Source: an uncultured Alphaproteobacteria bacterium (GTDB lineage Bacteria > Pseudomonadota > Alphaproteobacteria > Rs-D84). From it: 46,312 nt of DNA. Within the stretch, counting starts at the first letter, position 1, and every line of letters starts with the position of its first letter. The DNA is taken from assembly GCA_947168075.1 (NCBI GenBank), contig CAMVKK010000001.1, forward strand, positions 1 through 46,312. Direction: 5' to 3'. Below the pieces are notes generated by a model. It saw only the letters and a program-made list of their open reading frames with translations, did no database searches and was not told where the DNA came from. This document shows, piece after piece, positions 36,794 through 45,793 of the stretch. The position numbers were made by a program, and so were the translations under genes.

Positions 36794-37771
36794 TTAAATG
36801 AATAATATAATATGTAAAATAATTGATACACACAATACACTACTTATGATCCAAAGTGCTATACGTAATTTTTTCAGGTCGTGTTTGTATTTTCGCACTT
36901 TTACAAAACCGCATGGTATGTTTGCTGTTAGTGTTACTGTCAACTTATTAAAGCATTCCTGCTTATCAATGCCTGCATAATCACAAAACTTATCATAGTA
37001 TTTATAATATGCAGATATACAGTCGTTATTGATAATAGAGTCACGAATATAACCGAAAACATCATCATACCATGCGTTCGGTTTAATGCCGTGAAAATGA
37101 ATTATTTTTGCATTTGGATTATAACCATAATATGGCTTCCAGTTATATTCCAAAGGTAATTTATCAAACACGCCACGATATAAATCATTTAAATATCCCT
37201 GGTCACAGCATTCAATGGTTGCCGTCTGTCCATTGTTTATCATTTCCAAAAATTCTTTGTACTTGTCGCGCATTTTAGGGACATTGATAAGCATTATACC
37301 GGCGTTAAAATAAGTATAATCTTGTGTTTTTTCAAATTCCGGACAAACACCGATATATTCTGGCAATTTTCCAAAATCCGATAATTTAATATCCTGTAAA
37401 AACATAACATCTGTATCAACATACAGCACATATTCATCATCAGTTACATCCGGCAACAACATACGCAAGAATCGCGCACGCAAAGATTTTTCTGATATCT
37501 GCGTTTTAAAGTGATGTTGCATAAATTCAGGCGTATAAATTTTTAAAATCTGGGGTAAAAACGGAATTGTCTTGATATGAACCGTAACATCATATTTACG
37601 CAATATCGCATATAATTTATCATTTTTTTCACCATCATAAAGACAATGTAAATCCAATGTAGTGTTTGCGCGCGCACTGGCCAGTGTCGCAATCAACATA
37701 TCTGTGTATATTTTATTGTTTTCAATATCGTTACTGAACGCAAAGAAACACTTTAATTTATTTCCACTCAT
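36794..37771 (-). CDS. glycosyltransferase family 8 with a C-terminal TM anchor
   Basis: [15 protein letters not shown] (DxD), [11 protein letters not shown] and HFHG motifs. C-terminal helix [24 protein letters not shown]. Confidence 0.85.
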   Translation of the reverse strand: MSGNKLKCFFAFSNDIENNKIYTDMLIATLASARANTTLDLHCLYDGEKNDKLYAILRKYDVTVHIKTIPFLPQILKIYTPEFMQHHFKTQISEKSLRARFLRMLLPDVTDDEYVLYVDTDVMFLQDIKLSDFGKLPEYIGVCPEFEKTQDYTYFNAGIMLINVPKMRDKYKEFLEMINNGQTATIECCDQGYLNDLYRGVFDKLPLEYNWKPYYGYNPNAKIIHFHGIKPNAWYDDVFGYIRDSIINNDCISAYYKYYDKFCDYAGIDKQECFNKLTVTLTANIPCGFVKVRKYKHDLKKLRIALWIISSVLCVSIILHIILFI

Positions 37772-38846
37772 TTAATAACCTCACTATTGTTTTGATTTCA
37801 TCATCCGTCATAACTGGTGACATTGGAATCGACATAATTGTCCGGTGAATTTCTTCGGTAATTGGGAACGATTGGTTGTTCCATTCAGCGTACGCGCCCT
37901 GTTTGTGCGGCGGGGTTGGATAGTGAATATTTGTTTGAATCCCGTTATCGTTCAGGTATTTACATAATTCATCACGATTTTCCGTGCGCAATGCGAAAAC
38001 ATGCCACACATGTGCATTTTCATCATATGTTTTTGGCAATATGATTTTTGGATTTGTGATGTTTTCACGATAATATTTAGCAATTTCACGACGACGCGCA
38101 TTGTCCGCATCCAGATGCGGCAATTTAACATCCAGCAATGCTGCTTGAATTTCATCCAGACGTGAATTGACCCCTTTATAAATATGATGATATTTGCGGT
38201 CGGAACCATAGTTCGCAATAGCCCTTACTTTATTAAACAATTCGGTGTCGTTGGTTGTTACACCACCGGCATCACCCAACGCCCCTAGGTTTTTGCCCGG
38301 ATAAAATGAAAACGCCGCTGCATCGCCCAAATTACCAACGCGCCGACCGTCATACATTGCACCATGCGCCTGGGCTGCATCTTCAATTACTTTCAGATTA
38401 TACTTTTTTGCTAATTCCCAGATTTTTTTCATCTGCACAGCCTGACCATACAGGTGGACAACAATAATCGCACGGGTGTGTTCTGTGATTTTTTCTTCGA
38501 TTTTTTCTGGGTCAATATTATATGTGTTTATATCCGGTTCAACCAACACCGGCGTACACCCGTTTTCAGAGATCGCCAAAATTGTCGCAATATATGTATT
38601 TGCCGGAACAATTATTTCATCACCCACGCCAAATCCATAGCCACGTATAATAAGATTTATTGCATCCAACCCATTTGCGACACCAACCGCATGTTTTGTT
38701 CCACAGAATTCCGCAAAATGTTTCGTAAATTCATCGTTCCATTTGCCCGACAAATACCATCCAGAATCCAATATTTCTTTGATTCGTGCATCCATTTCAT
38801 CACGAAAACGATTGTTTATTTTTTCCAGGTCTAAAAATTTAATCAT
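37758..38846 (-). CDS. DegT/DnrJ/EryC1/StrS-family sugar aminotransferase (FdtB/QdtB-like)
   Basis: PLP-lysine context [17 protein letters not shown]. Start trimmed to the ATG at 38846 (MIKFLDLEK), which has GGGGG upstream and an ATGA overlap with the upstream gene. Confidence 0.92.
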   Translation of the reverse strand: MIKFLDLEKINNRFRDEMDARIKEILDSGWYLSGKWNDEFTKHFAEFCGTKHAVGVANGLDAINLIIRGYGFGVGDEIIVPANTYIATILAISENGCTPVLVEPDINTYNIDPEKIEEKITEHTRAIIVVHLYGQAVQMKKIWELAKKYNLKVIEDAAQAHGAMYDGRRVGNLGDAAAFSFYPGKNLGALGDAGGVTTNDTELFNKVRAIANYGSDRKYHHIYKGVNSRLDEIQAALLDVKLPHLDADNARRREIAKYYRENITNPKIILPKTYDENAHVWHVFALRTENRDELCKYLNDNGIQTNIHYPTPPHKQGAYAEWNNQSFPITEEIHRTIMSIPMSPVMTDDEIKTIVRLLNEWK

Positions 38847-39832
38847 AATATTACCCCCAATACTGCTATCACTATCACAGCCGCCAATACGCATAATACG
38901 ATATTAAAAAGCCGTTTATATTTTTTATATTTTTTTACATTTTCATCCGGCACATCGCGGAAAATACTCGTTCTTGGCAATTTTAGATATTCAAAAATAT
39001 TCCACCATGTATCCGCATGCTGGGGGGTTCCATTCCATGGTTTCGATGCCGCAAAATGTAAAATTTTTGGATTAATGATGGAATCAAACATTTCATCACG
39101 ACTGTAATGGCTGATAAAATCCGGTTTTCGCAACAAATCCAACAAATACGGATAAGAAATATAATTCAACGGCAAAAATGCCACATGGTTTTCACATGCA
39201 ATATTCATAATATCTTGATCATTAAAGCGTTTGATAATCGTATCGTCATGCACAATTTCCAGCATACGCGATTCCAAATTGTCCGCACGAATTTTTTTAA
39301 GATTCATAACCCATATTCCACCTGCAATATATGTATCGTGCAGCATTTCAAAGTGTTCAGGTTTAAGGTGCGACAATTCGTCCGCCACATATTTCATAAA
39401 TGGTCCACGCACACCGGCAATATATTTCCCACGCAAATCAATATCGTATATTTCCGAAATATCGTCCATAAACACCACATCAACATCGGAATAGATTATT
39501 TTATCATACTGTGGAAAGAATCGCGCCGCAAAGCACCGCAGAATTGTATCAGCGGTAAACCGTGATCCCGCATGACCCGATGAAAAAGAACCAGAATTAA
39601 ATTCATCAGACAAAAATCCGGCAGTATCGTGAAATTCCAATATTGCATTTTTAAAACGACCAACCACCGATTGCAAAAGTTTTATATTTTCGTCTGAAAT
39701 ATCGTGGTGTAAAACATGCATTTCATAAAAAATGTCCCGCCCTGCCCGATTAAGCAACGAATAAAACGCCACCGCCGCTGGCACAACATAGTTATTATCA
39801 AATGTAAAAAATATTGGTATATGTTTCATCAT
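38843..39832 (-). CDS. glycosyltransferase family 8 with a C-terminal TM anchor
   Basis: [37 protein letters not shown] and [11 protein letters not shown] motifs. C-terminal helix [26 protein letters not shown] overlap with the glf stop. Confidence 0.85.
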   Translation of the reverse strand: MMKHIPIFFTFDNNYVVPAAVAFYSLLNRAGRDIFYEMHVLHHDISDENIKLLQSVVGRFKNAILEFHDTAGFLSDEFNSGSFSSGHAGSRFTADTILRCFAARFFPQYDKIIYSDVDVVFMDDISEIYDIDLRGKYIAGVRGPFMKYVADELSHLKPEHFEMLHDTYIAGGIWVMNLKKIRADNLESRMLEIVHDDTIIKRFNDQDIMNIACENHVAFLPLNYISYPYLLDLLRKPDFISHYSRDEMFDSIINPKILHFAASKPWNGTPQHADTWWNIFEYLKLPRTSIFRDVPDENVKKYKKYKRLFNIVLCVLAAVIVIAVLGVIL

Positions 39833-40923
39833 CTTATTCCGTTTAATATTTCCATACAACGCGCGATTGCTTTGTCCATATCATAATACTTATATTCGCC
39901 CAAACGACCACAGAAATATACATTTGGCATATCGCGCGCCAAGGTTAAATATTTGTTATAAAGTTCCGCTGTATCATCATTTGCAATCGGGTAATAACGT
40001 TCATTTTTACCACGTTCAAATTTTTCCGGATATTCATAGGAAACAATCGTTTTATCTGATTTGTCATTAAGAAAATACTTATATTCCCCGATACGCGTCC
40101 AGTCATAATTACACGGATAATTTATAACAGCGGCATCTTGGAAACGTGCAAAAGGATACTTTATAAATTCGAAATGTTCACTGCGATATGGTAATTCACC
40201 AAATTTATAATCAAAAAATTCATCGATGCTGCCGGTCCAAAACAAACGGTCATATCTCATAGACCCGTCAAATGGTGTTTTTAATTTTACAGTTATATTC
40301 GGATGTTCCAACATTTTTTGAACCATTTTAGTATATCCACCGATTGGAATTCCTTGGTATTTATCTTGGAAATAGCGATCATCACGCGACACATATACCG
40401 GCACACGTCCCGATACAGTGGGATCGATTTCATCGGGTCTTTTTCCCCACTGTTTTAATGTGTATTCCAAAAATATTTTATCATAAATATATTGTGCCAA
40501 GAATTTAAGGTCTTTATCATCTTTCTTGCGCAATTCCAGAATTGGAACTTTGACATTCAACCCGAAATTATCCAGTAATTTTTGTTCAATGGTTTCAGCC
40601 AACGCGCCGGGAAAAACGGCATGCAACGTATTAAGATTAAATGGTATTGGCACAATTTGACCATCAATTAAACCACGAACTTTGTGCTGATACGGATACC
40701 ATTGACAAAAACGAGAAACGAAATCCCAAACTTCTTTATTATTAGTGTGGAAAATATGTGTTCCGTATTTATGCACACATATACCATCATCATAGTAATC
40801 ATAAATATTGCCAGCGATATGTTCCCGTGAATCTATGACGGTAACTTTTTGACCTGCATCGGCAAGCATCCGCGCAATTGTCGCCCCAGATATACCACAA
40901 CCAACAACAAGATTATTTACCAT
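39829..40923 (-). CDS. glf: UDP-galactopyranose mutase
   Basis: GCGISGATIARMLA...VIDSREHIAGNIYDY...VHKYGTHIFHT, 364 aa. Confidence 0.95.
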   Translation of the reverse strand: MVNNLVVGCGISGATIARMLADAGQKVTVIDSREHIAGNIYDYYDDGICVHKYGTHIFHTNNKEVWDFVSRFCQWYPYQHKVRGLIDGQIVPIPFNLNTLHAVFPGALAETIEQKLLDNFGLNVKVPILELRKKDDKDLKFLAQYIYDKIFLEYTLKQWGKRPDEIDPTVSGRVPVYVSRDDRYFQDKYQGIPIGGYTKMVQKMLEHPNITVKLKTPFDGSMRYDRLFWTGSIDEFFDYKFGELPYRSEHFEFIKYPFARFQDAAVINYPCNYDWTRIGEYKYFLNDKSDKTIVSYEYPEKFERGKNERYYPIANDDTAELYNKYLTLARDMPNVYFCGRLGEYKYYDMDKAIARCMEILNGIR

Positions 40924-42106
40924 TACATACCTCCGCTATCATATTGATATAATTTTTGGCAAACTGATTTGGGGAATAATGATCTGCCCATGCCTTTTTT
41001 ATATTGCCACTGTCGATTAAACGCCGCGTAGCACAGGAATCCAGTATCAACAACGTTTTTTTTATGCAGTCTTTTTCATCGTCATAAAGCGTTATAATGC
41101 CTGTATCGACATATACAGTTTTATTACCACCGGTGTCTGATGCAACGACATAGGTGCCTGTTGATAACACTTCTAATAAAATTAAATCAAAATAAGTTTG
41201 ACGATTTGGCAATATAAATACATCAGTTGCAGCTAAGACTTCGGCTGGATTTATTTGCCCCAGTTCAATCCAACGTGGATGTTCCAATGGCGCGATTTTC
41301 CCCATACGTCCACCAACCAGAAATGTAATATCATCGCGCACGTCCAATATTTGTTTGGCTATTTTCTGTAAAACATCATACCCCTTGATTTCATTATGTC
41401 GTCCGATATAGGTTACGACATAGGGTGTTTTAACATTATACCTTTTACGCATTTCATCGCGTGTTTTATCGGTTTGCAGTGGACGGCACCCCGTACGAAC
41501 ATACTTAATCTGATGCGTCTTTAACAATTCATCAAAATACGTCAGCGCGCCACTGTAACATTCCACTGATTCGGCCGATGGGAAAATATACATATCGGCG
41601 GCGGTAAATGCATCGCGTTCCACTTTTTGTGCCACCGCATAACGTGCGTCTGCATCTGGAATACCTTCCGCCAGGTCGCGATCATGGCTTTCTTCGGATG
41701 GTGGTTGTGGGCTGTGCGACATTTGCAATATTTTGGCAGATAATTTACGTGATTTAATATATTTTTTCGCAAATAACACATCATAAACAGAGTGAACTGT
41801 TATCGTTTGAAAATCATATTTATCCAACGCCTTTGCAAACAAGCGATATGTTAAATATTTTATTACATTCTGACGCATATTTCGCCGAACACGACCCACC
41901 GGAATGTAAAAACACAACATGCGTCCAATAAAATTTATTCTTTTTATCTGGCGCGGAAACATTGTGGCATTTATAAACACGATTTTATTCGGTATGTGTG
42001 ATTCATTAATCGCATGTTCCAAATTTGCAATATATCCAGACGGCCCACCGGCACGAATATTAACATCCTCACTCAGAAATACGATATTATCTACTTTTTT
42101 CTTCAT
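40913..42106 (-). CDS. glycosyltransferase family 4/1 (GT-B fold)
   Basis: C-terminal GT-B nucleotide-sugar-binding half ([32 protein letters not shown]). Start trimmed to the ATG at 42106. Confidence 0.8.
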   Translation of the reverse strand: MKKKVDNIVFLSEDVNIRAGGPSGYIANLEHAINESHIPNKIVFINATMFPRQIKRINFIGRMLCFYIPVGRVRRNMRQNVIKYLTYRLFAKALDKYDFQTITVHSVYDVLFAKKYIKSRKLSAKILQMSHSPQPPSEESHDRDLAEGIPDADARYAVAQKVERDAFTAADMYIFPSAESVECYSGALTYFDELLKTHQIKYVRTGCRPLQTDKTRDEMRKRYNVKTPYVVTYIGRHNEIKGYDVLQKIAKQILDVRDDITFLVGGRMGKIAPLEHPRWIELGQINPAEVLAATDVFILPNRQTYFDLILLEVLSTGTYVVASDTGGNKTVYVDTGIITLYDDEKDCIKKTLLILDSCATRRLIDSGNIKKAWADHYSPNQFAKNYINMIAEVCNGK

Positions 42107-42542
42107 ATTGAACCACTTTGGTAAATATTTTTGTATTTGCAGGAACATCTTTTGTTACAATTGCGCCGGCACCAACTATCGCGTTTTCGCCAATGGTTAC
42201 ACCTGGTAAAATCGTTGCGTTCGCACCAATCGATGCGCCACGTTTAATAATAACCGGTTCCAGTTTCCAATCTTTGTTCCGTGATTTTGGATATCGGTCG
42301 TTCGTAAAAGTTGCATTTGCCCCAATAAATACATTATCTTCGATAACCATGCCGTCCCATATTTGAACACCACACTTTATCGTAACGTTATTTCCAATCA
42401 CAACATCGTTTTCAATAAAGCAATGTGAACAAATATTGCAATTATTCCCTATTTTGGCGCCCGGCAACACAACACAGAATTGCCATATATTTGTATCTTT
42501 GCCAATGTTTTTGGATTGTACGTCTGATAATTGATGTATCAT
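42087..42542 (-). CDS. hexapeptide-repeat sugar N-acetyltransferase (FdtC/QdtC-like)
   Basis: Left-handed beta-helix repeats ([49 protein letters not shown]). Confidence 0.85.
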   Translation of the reverse strand: MIHQLSDVQSKNIGKDTNIWQFCVVLPGAKIGNNCNICSHCFIENDVVIGNNVTIKCGVQIWDGMVIEDNVFIGANATFTNDRYPKSRNKDWKLEPVIIKRGASIGANATILPGVTIGENAIVGAGAIVTKDVPANTKIFTKVVQYEEKSR

Positions 42543-42937
42543 TTTGCAATCTCCGTTTTAAACTGTTCATAGTCGCGAATATAATCTGATTCATCATAGT
42601 GTTCCGATGCCAAAACCATAACAACACAATCGGGTGAAAAGTTTGTAAATTCGCGCCAAATGTTTGACTTTATGTGTAATCCAACCGCCGGATTATCTAG
42701 GTGTACTGTTACGCGTTCATGTCCATCGTCCAAAATAAAATCGCATGAGCCAGATGTACAAACAATAACCTGTTCCAAATTGCGATGCGCGTGCCGACCA
42801 CGAATTGCGTCCCTGTCTGTACCCCAAATATAGTACACCCGTTTAATATCAAACGGAAAATCCGTACCCTGTTCCAGTGCGACCAGGTTTCCCGTATGGT
42901 CACCACGAACTTTGAAATTTAACAATTCATACATCAT
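42539..42937 (-). CDS. dTDP-4-dehydro-6-deoxyglucose 3,4-ketoisomerase (WxcM/FdtA/QdtA cupin)
   Basis: 132 aa with [11 protein letters not shown]....[27 protein letters not shown], typical of FdtA-type isomerases. Confidence 0.9.
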   Translation of the reverse strand: MMYELLNFKVRGDHTGNLVALEQGTDFPFDIKRVYYIWGTDRDAIRGRHAHRNLEQVIVCTSGSCDFILDDGHERVTVHLDNPAVGLHIKSNIWREFTNFSPDCVVMVLASEHYDESDYIRDYEQFKTEIAK

Positions 42938-42943
42938 ATAATG

Positions 42944-43789
42944 TTATCTCCACTTGATCTTGAACACCGGAATAAATTCAAACAGGTATACGCGATTATG
43001 TTTAATTTTAATCAACGGAATACCCAAAAACCGCAACCGAAAACGCGTCGTACATGCGTCGGATTCGCGCCATTCGTTCCAATACGCCGGAAACCGATTT
43101 ATAATATCCAACCGAACCGCGCGGTGCATTGTGTCCATGCGTGATTTCTGTTTATTTGATGTCTGGTTTTCAAATGTGCGGTATTTTACCAGCACTGTTT
43201 GCAAATTATGGAAATTTGTTACCGCCATTAAACGCGACCACAAACGATAATCTTCGCACGGGGAATAAAATTCTTCGTATTCAATATCGTTGTCAACCAA
43301 CACAGACTTACGCACCATTGCCGCCGTATGCCACACACAGCACCAATCGGTCATCGCAATTTTAATATCTGTATCAAATTCTGGAACAACGCGAACCGCA
43401 GATTTATCACCAAAATCACGGATAAACCCGGACACCACGCCAACATATGGGTTTGCATCCAGATATGCAACTTGTTTTTCTAATCTTTCTGGAACAGAAA
43501 TGTCGTCATGGTCAAATATTGCAATGTATTCCCCACGCGCCATCTTTAACAATTTATTGCGGCTTGGTGTAATGCCCATGTTTTTATCGTTTTTCGAATA
43601 TTTAATACGTTTATCTTTATAAGATTTCACGATTTTTTCAATTTCAGTATTATCCGGAGAATCGTTCAGAATCAAAAATTCAAAATCCGTAAATGTCTGA
43701 TTTAATATAGACTCAATCATTTCCCGCAAGTGCGCCGGATTTGTATTATAGATTGGCGTTAAAACAGACACACGTGGACACGTCTGCAT
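42944..43789 (-). CDS. glycosyltransferase family 2
   Basis: VSVLTPIYNTNPAHLREMIESILNQTF..LNDSPD..IFDHDD. AGGGAA Shine-Dalgarno site upstream. Confidence 0.9.
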   Translation of the reverse strand: MQTCPRVSVLTPIYNTNPAHLREMIESILNQTFTDFEFLILNDSPDNTEIEKIVKSYKDKRIKYSKNDKNMGITPSRNKLLKMARGEYIAIFDHDDISVPERLEKQVAYLDANPYVGVVSGFIRDFGDKSAVRVVPEFDTDIKIAMTDWCCVWHTAAMVRKSVLVDNDIEYEEFYSPCEDYRLWSRLMAVTNFHNLQTVLVKYRTFENQTSNKQKSRMDTMHRAVRLDIINRFPAYWNEWRESDACTTRFRLRFLGIPLIKIKHNRVYLFEFIPVFKIKWR

Positions 43790-43821
43790 AATATATTCCC
43801 TTTGGTTCAGATACTGTCCAC

Positions 43822-43850
43822 ATTGTAATCGATAAAATCCCGTTTTTCAA
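43822..43850 (-). promoter_or_regulatory. putative promoter of the minus-strand glycan operon
   Basis: On the minus strand: TTGAAA (43850-43845, overlapping the upstream stop codon), 17-nt spacer, TACAAT (43827-43822). Confidence 0.5.
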
Positions 43851-44599
43851 GCGATAAAGGGCTTTTTATTTCGGTGTATTCCAGTGCAAAAATCTTGTAT
43901 TCTTGTCGCTCTTTTTTCCAAAAATTTCATTTGGTTATCCAACAATTGTTCCCAATCCGACTGTTCCCATGCCAGTGGCGAATGATTAAAAACATCATCT
44001 TTATATTTTCCAAAGAAAAAATTAATCCGACCATTTTCAACCAAATCACCCAAGAAAAAATACTCCACATACCCATCAAATGTTTTGAACAAATCAAAAA
44101 AATTTTTATCCGCACAAATCGTTGTATAAAGCGGATTTTGGGCATTTTTATCGTTATAATATCGACGAATACATTCCAGTGTTAAATCAAATCTGTCCTT
44201 TATCAGATGATTTCGTCCGCGTTCTACATTGATGGAATTTTTGCGTTTCGGAAAAAGAATTTCACCCCCAATTGTATGCGCCATATCCAAATATTTTTTA
44301 TATAGTTTTTTGTAATGATCGGACGTATTTTCCAAATGTTTTGCATTTATATTTTTATATTCTCTGTACCGTTCGTTCATATTCAGTATGCAATCACTGC
44401 CCAGGCGCATATTTTCGGGACTGTCGATATAAAGGTAATCATAGCTCATATCACCCCCAGGGGTCAGAATAATATTGTCCGATTTCCGGCTGTACAACAT
44501 TATCTGATATTCCCGTAATTTCTTGCTAAATATATCTGGATCGGTCCCCGATGAATCAACCCAAAAGTTAAGGTTCACATCTATATCTTGTAACTGCAT
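43847..44599 (-). CDS. conserved hypothetical protein (I recall the motifs as the uncharacterised DUF6994 family; unverified)
   Basis: 250 aa with GTDPDIFSKKLREYQ near the N-terminus and IKDRFDLTLECIRRYY in the middle. ATG at 44599 with AAAGGA upstream. The track's longer start would include its own promoter. Confidence 0.7.
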   Translation of the reverse strand: MQLQDIDVNLNFWVDSSGTDPDIFSKKLREYQIMLYSRKSDNIILTPGGDMSYDYLYIDSPENMRLGSDCILNMNERYREYKNINAKHLENTSDHYKKLYKKYLDMAHTIGGEILFPKRKNSINVERGRNHLIKDRFDLTLECIRRYYNDKNAQNPLYTTICADKNFFDLFKTFDGYVEYFFLGDLVENGRINFFFGKYKDDVFNHSPLAWEQSDWEQLLDNQMKFLEKRATRIQDFCTGIHRNKKPFIA

Positions 44600-44620
44600 T
44601 GAACTATCCTTTGAACCAAA

Positions 44621-44649
44621 ATTATACCACACGAATTAATAAATTACAA
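44621..44649 (-). promoter_or_regulatory. sigma70-type promoter of the DUF6994-like gene
   Basis: On the minus strand: TTGTAA (44649-44644), 17-nt spacer ending in TGG, TATAAT (44626-44621). Confidence 0.6.
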
Positions 44650-44666
44650 AATTATCACTACCCGAC

Positions 44667-44700
44667 AAAACAAAAACCGACCGAAACGGTCGGTTTGTGT
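44667..44700 (-). terminator. intrinsic terminator with no gene upstream of it (insulator-like)
   Basis: ACCGACCG-aaa-CGGTCGGT. On the minus strand it is followed by TTTTTGTTTTG. On the plus strand it is followed by TTGTGTT after the stem (weaker). Confidence 0.65.
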
Positions 44701-44755
44701 TCTGGTGGGGTTAAAAATTAGTACGGTATCTTACATACAACACACTGCTTAATTC

Positions 44756-44826
44756 TTGATTTTTAGGCCATTTTATGATATAATCTCTGACAATTGAAGG
44801 CGCATTGTTGCGCCGTTTTTATTGCC
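44756..44826 (+). promoter_or_regulatory. promoter + promoter-proximal terminator module, copy B
   Basis: TTGATT (44756-44761), spacer tttagGCCATTTTatga, TATAAT (44779-44784), 14 nt, GGCGC-attgtt-GCGCC (44799-44814), G, TTTTT, ATTGCC. Confidence 0.6.
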
Positions 44827-44860
44827 TGCAATATCACCCACAAAATTTTGCAATTTTGCG

Positions 44861-44884
44861 GGGCCCAATGTGCGGGCTTTTTTT
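44861..44884 (+). terminator. second, weaker hairpin/U7 in the leader of the MuF-GH108 gene
   Basis: GCCC (44863-44866) pairs with GGGC (44874-44877), with a 7-nt loop and two possible G-U extensions, followed by TTTTTTT (44878-44884). Confidence 0.4.
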
Positions 44885-44903
44885 ATTTAACAAAGGATAT
44901 AAG

Positions 44904-45761
44904 ATGAACAAAATACCAGAAAACATATTAAACCTTATGCAAAGCGATGCATATGTAAATTCTAACAATCCAGAACACCAAAATGTTGCAAAGCAAATTC
45001 AAAATTATTTTGAAAACAAATATGGCAACAGCACGATTGATGCAACTGGACGCAATATAACGATTAGAAAAGCATGGTGCTGGCATGCCATAATAGACGA
45101 AAGAACTTGCGAAGATTGTGCAAGTTTTTCTGATACTATTTATGAAAACGAAGAAGATATCCCAGAACACCCACATCATGACAATTGTCGGTGCTGGATA
45201 GAAGAAATTGAATTAGATGATAATAACAAGCCTGTTGTTGATACTCGCAAACAAGGTATTATTCATAAAACCATGGCAGAGGAAGGCGGATATGTGGATA
45301 ATCCAAAACTGATTGATCAACCGACAAATTCAGGTATAACACAACCAACATTGGATAAATACAATGCAGATCATCCAGATTTTAATTTTCCAGATAAAGT
45401 GAAAGATTTATCACCAGAACAGGCACGTCAAATATACGGTGAAGATTACTATGACGAACGCCGTATTGGTGATATAGAAAACGAACGCATTGCCAACGCG
45501 ATATTTGATATGGGCGTTATGAGTAATTTCAATAATGTTGGAAAAATCGTCCAAGAAACATTAAACGATTCAATGGGAGCAAATCTAAAAACAGATGGTA
45601 AAATCGGTGACAATACCATAGATGCTTTGAACAATATACCGGATAATAAAATTGACGATTTTATGCAAGATTTAAAAGAAAACAGAATCGAGTATCTGCA
45701 AGGTTTATCTGATTGGGACAAATATGGAAACGGATGGACAAGTCGTACAAATAGATATTGA
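44904..45761 (+). CDS. fusion protein: phage MuF/SPP1-gp7-type C-terminal motif + GH108 N-acetylmuramidase + PG_binding_3 domain
   Basis: WCWHAIIDERTCEDCASFS...HPHHDNCRCW (MuF-type W..D.RtC..C...hpNCRC), then AEEGGYVDNP....TNSGIT (GH108 EGGY block), then KTDGKIGDNTIDAL...GNGWTSR (PG_binding_3). ATG at 44904 with AAAGGA upstream. No signal peptide. Confidence 0.8.
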   Translation: MNKIPENILNLMQSDAYVNSNNPEHQNVAKQIQNYFENKYGNSTIDATGRNITIRKAWCWHAIIDERTCEDCASFSDTIYENEEDIPEHPHHDNCRCWIEEIELDDNNKPVVDTRKQGIIHKTMAEEGGYVDNPKLIDQPTNSGITQPTLDKYNADHPDFNFPDKVKDLSPEQARQIYGEDYYDERRIGDIENERIANAIFDMGVMSNFNNVGKIVQETLNDSMGANLKTDGKIGDNTIDALNNIPDNKIDDFMQDLKENRIEYLQGLSDWDKYGNGWTSRTNRY

Positions 45762-45793
45762 TTTCTTTGTATATATCCTGCAATAATAAGTGT

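Noticed and set aside
44805-44903. N-terminal extension of the MuF-GH108 ORF (MLRRFYCLQYHPQNFAILRGPMCGLFLFNKGYK).
   Set aside because: The extension is the translation of two hairpin/U-tract elements and has no Shine-Dalgarno site. The ATG at 44904 has AAAGGA at the correct spacing.
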